Below are positions 63,169 through 64,000 of a stretch of 64,000 nt of DNA, one piece after another; position 1 is the first letter of the stretch, and each line of letters starts with the position of its first letter. The translations under genes were made by a program, and so were the position numbers. The stretch covers positions 9,176,001 through 9,240,000 of the forward strand of contig NC_045138.2 in NCBI RefSeq assembly GCF_008831285.2, in the 5' to 3' direction. This DNA is from Nymphaea colorata (lineage: Eukaryota). The notes beneath the pieces were generated by a model, which was given only the letters and a program-made list of their open reading frames with translations, had not been told where the DNA came from and did no database searches.

Positions 63169-63730
63169 CTATGTCACATAGGTACAGGTATGGGTGCCGG
63201 TATGGGTACCGGTGCGGGTACGGGTACAGACCATTTTCAAAAAATTTAGGTGCAGGGGTACGGCACGGTTCATAAATCATGATCCAAAACACAGTGTGGA
63301 AGTAATTAACATACAAATATTTCAGCTTTCTTGATAAACAAGTCCCAACTCAAGCCATGGTTAAAGAGGAAATGCTAAACAGGTAAATAGAACATGCTAA
63401 ACAAGTCAAACTGTAAAACAGTAAAATTCGGTGCAGGCTGCAGCCAAAAATTACTGATTTAATCATTTTAATGATAAAAAAAACATAACAGTTAGAACAG
63501 AAACATAGCATTGTGGCCTATAATGCTATTTTTCTGTTCTAAGTGTATCTATAGCAGGCTTGGCGGCACTCATGAGCCAAGAGTGGCTGTTTGGTGGAGT
63601 CTTGACGACCGAAATTGAACCCGGGTACGTTGACCGTACTCGGTACCGCGTTGACCGCATTAGAGGCGCACCCACGGGCGTACCGGTGCCCGTACCACTC
63701 CTCCTTAAGAGGAGTACCCGTGTGACATAG
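63169..63730. mobile_element. 562-bp hAT-type MITE with X-family termini, recent-looking
   Basis: Perfect TIRs ctatgtcaca / tgtgacatag; perfect 8-bp TSD ctttagaa (63161-63168 / 63731-63738). Confidence 0.95.
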
Positions 63731-64000
63731 CTTTAGAAGCACATATTTTACGAACCAATGGTTATGAATATTTGACAAACTAAATTAATGTCTTCCTTCA
63801 TCTCTTTGGTTAAAAGTTTGGATTCTGGAGCCCTACTGGTTGTGCTCATCCCTCATGATCACCTAGACGCAAAAGTACTTGCAACCATGAATTGCAGTCA
63901 TTATTGTAGCTAATGCTCCTGAGTTTTTATGTCATGTAGCTAGAATGAGTTTATTCTTGTACAATAAGTGTAATAGTGCATCACAAAATGCTTGTTTTAA

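Overview
Plant (angiosperm) nuclear DNA dominated by transposons. The right half holds the first 13 coding exons (30596-59340, + strand, 563 codons, continuing past the window) of an RRP5-type rRNA-biogenesis S1-repeat gene. Its introns are inflated by nested hAT DNA transposons, MITEs and a Copia-inside-Copia. The left half holds an isolated first exon of an RPB12-type RNA polymerase subunit (1994-2036), followed by about 28 kb of nested, decayed retroelements (Copia remnant, probable LINE remnant, chromoviral Gypsy, a gag-protease-only Gypsy, long solo LTRs). I see no prokaryotic-type system, CRISPR array, rRNA or tRNA. The most unusual structure is a 4.1-kb composite insertion (6778-10913) built from two different LTR elements in opposite orientation. 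It has a U5 end facing outward on both sides, one shared 5-bp target-site duplication (TSD) and a microhomology junction. All family assignments come from motifs read by eye; no searches were run.
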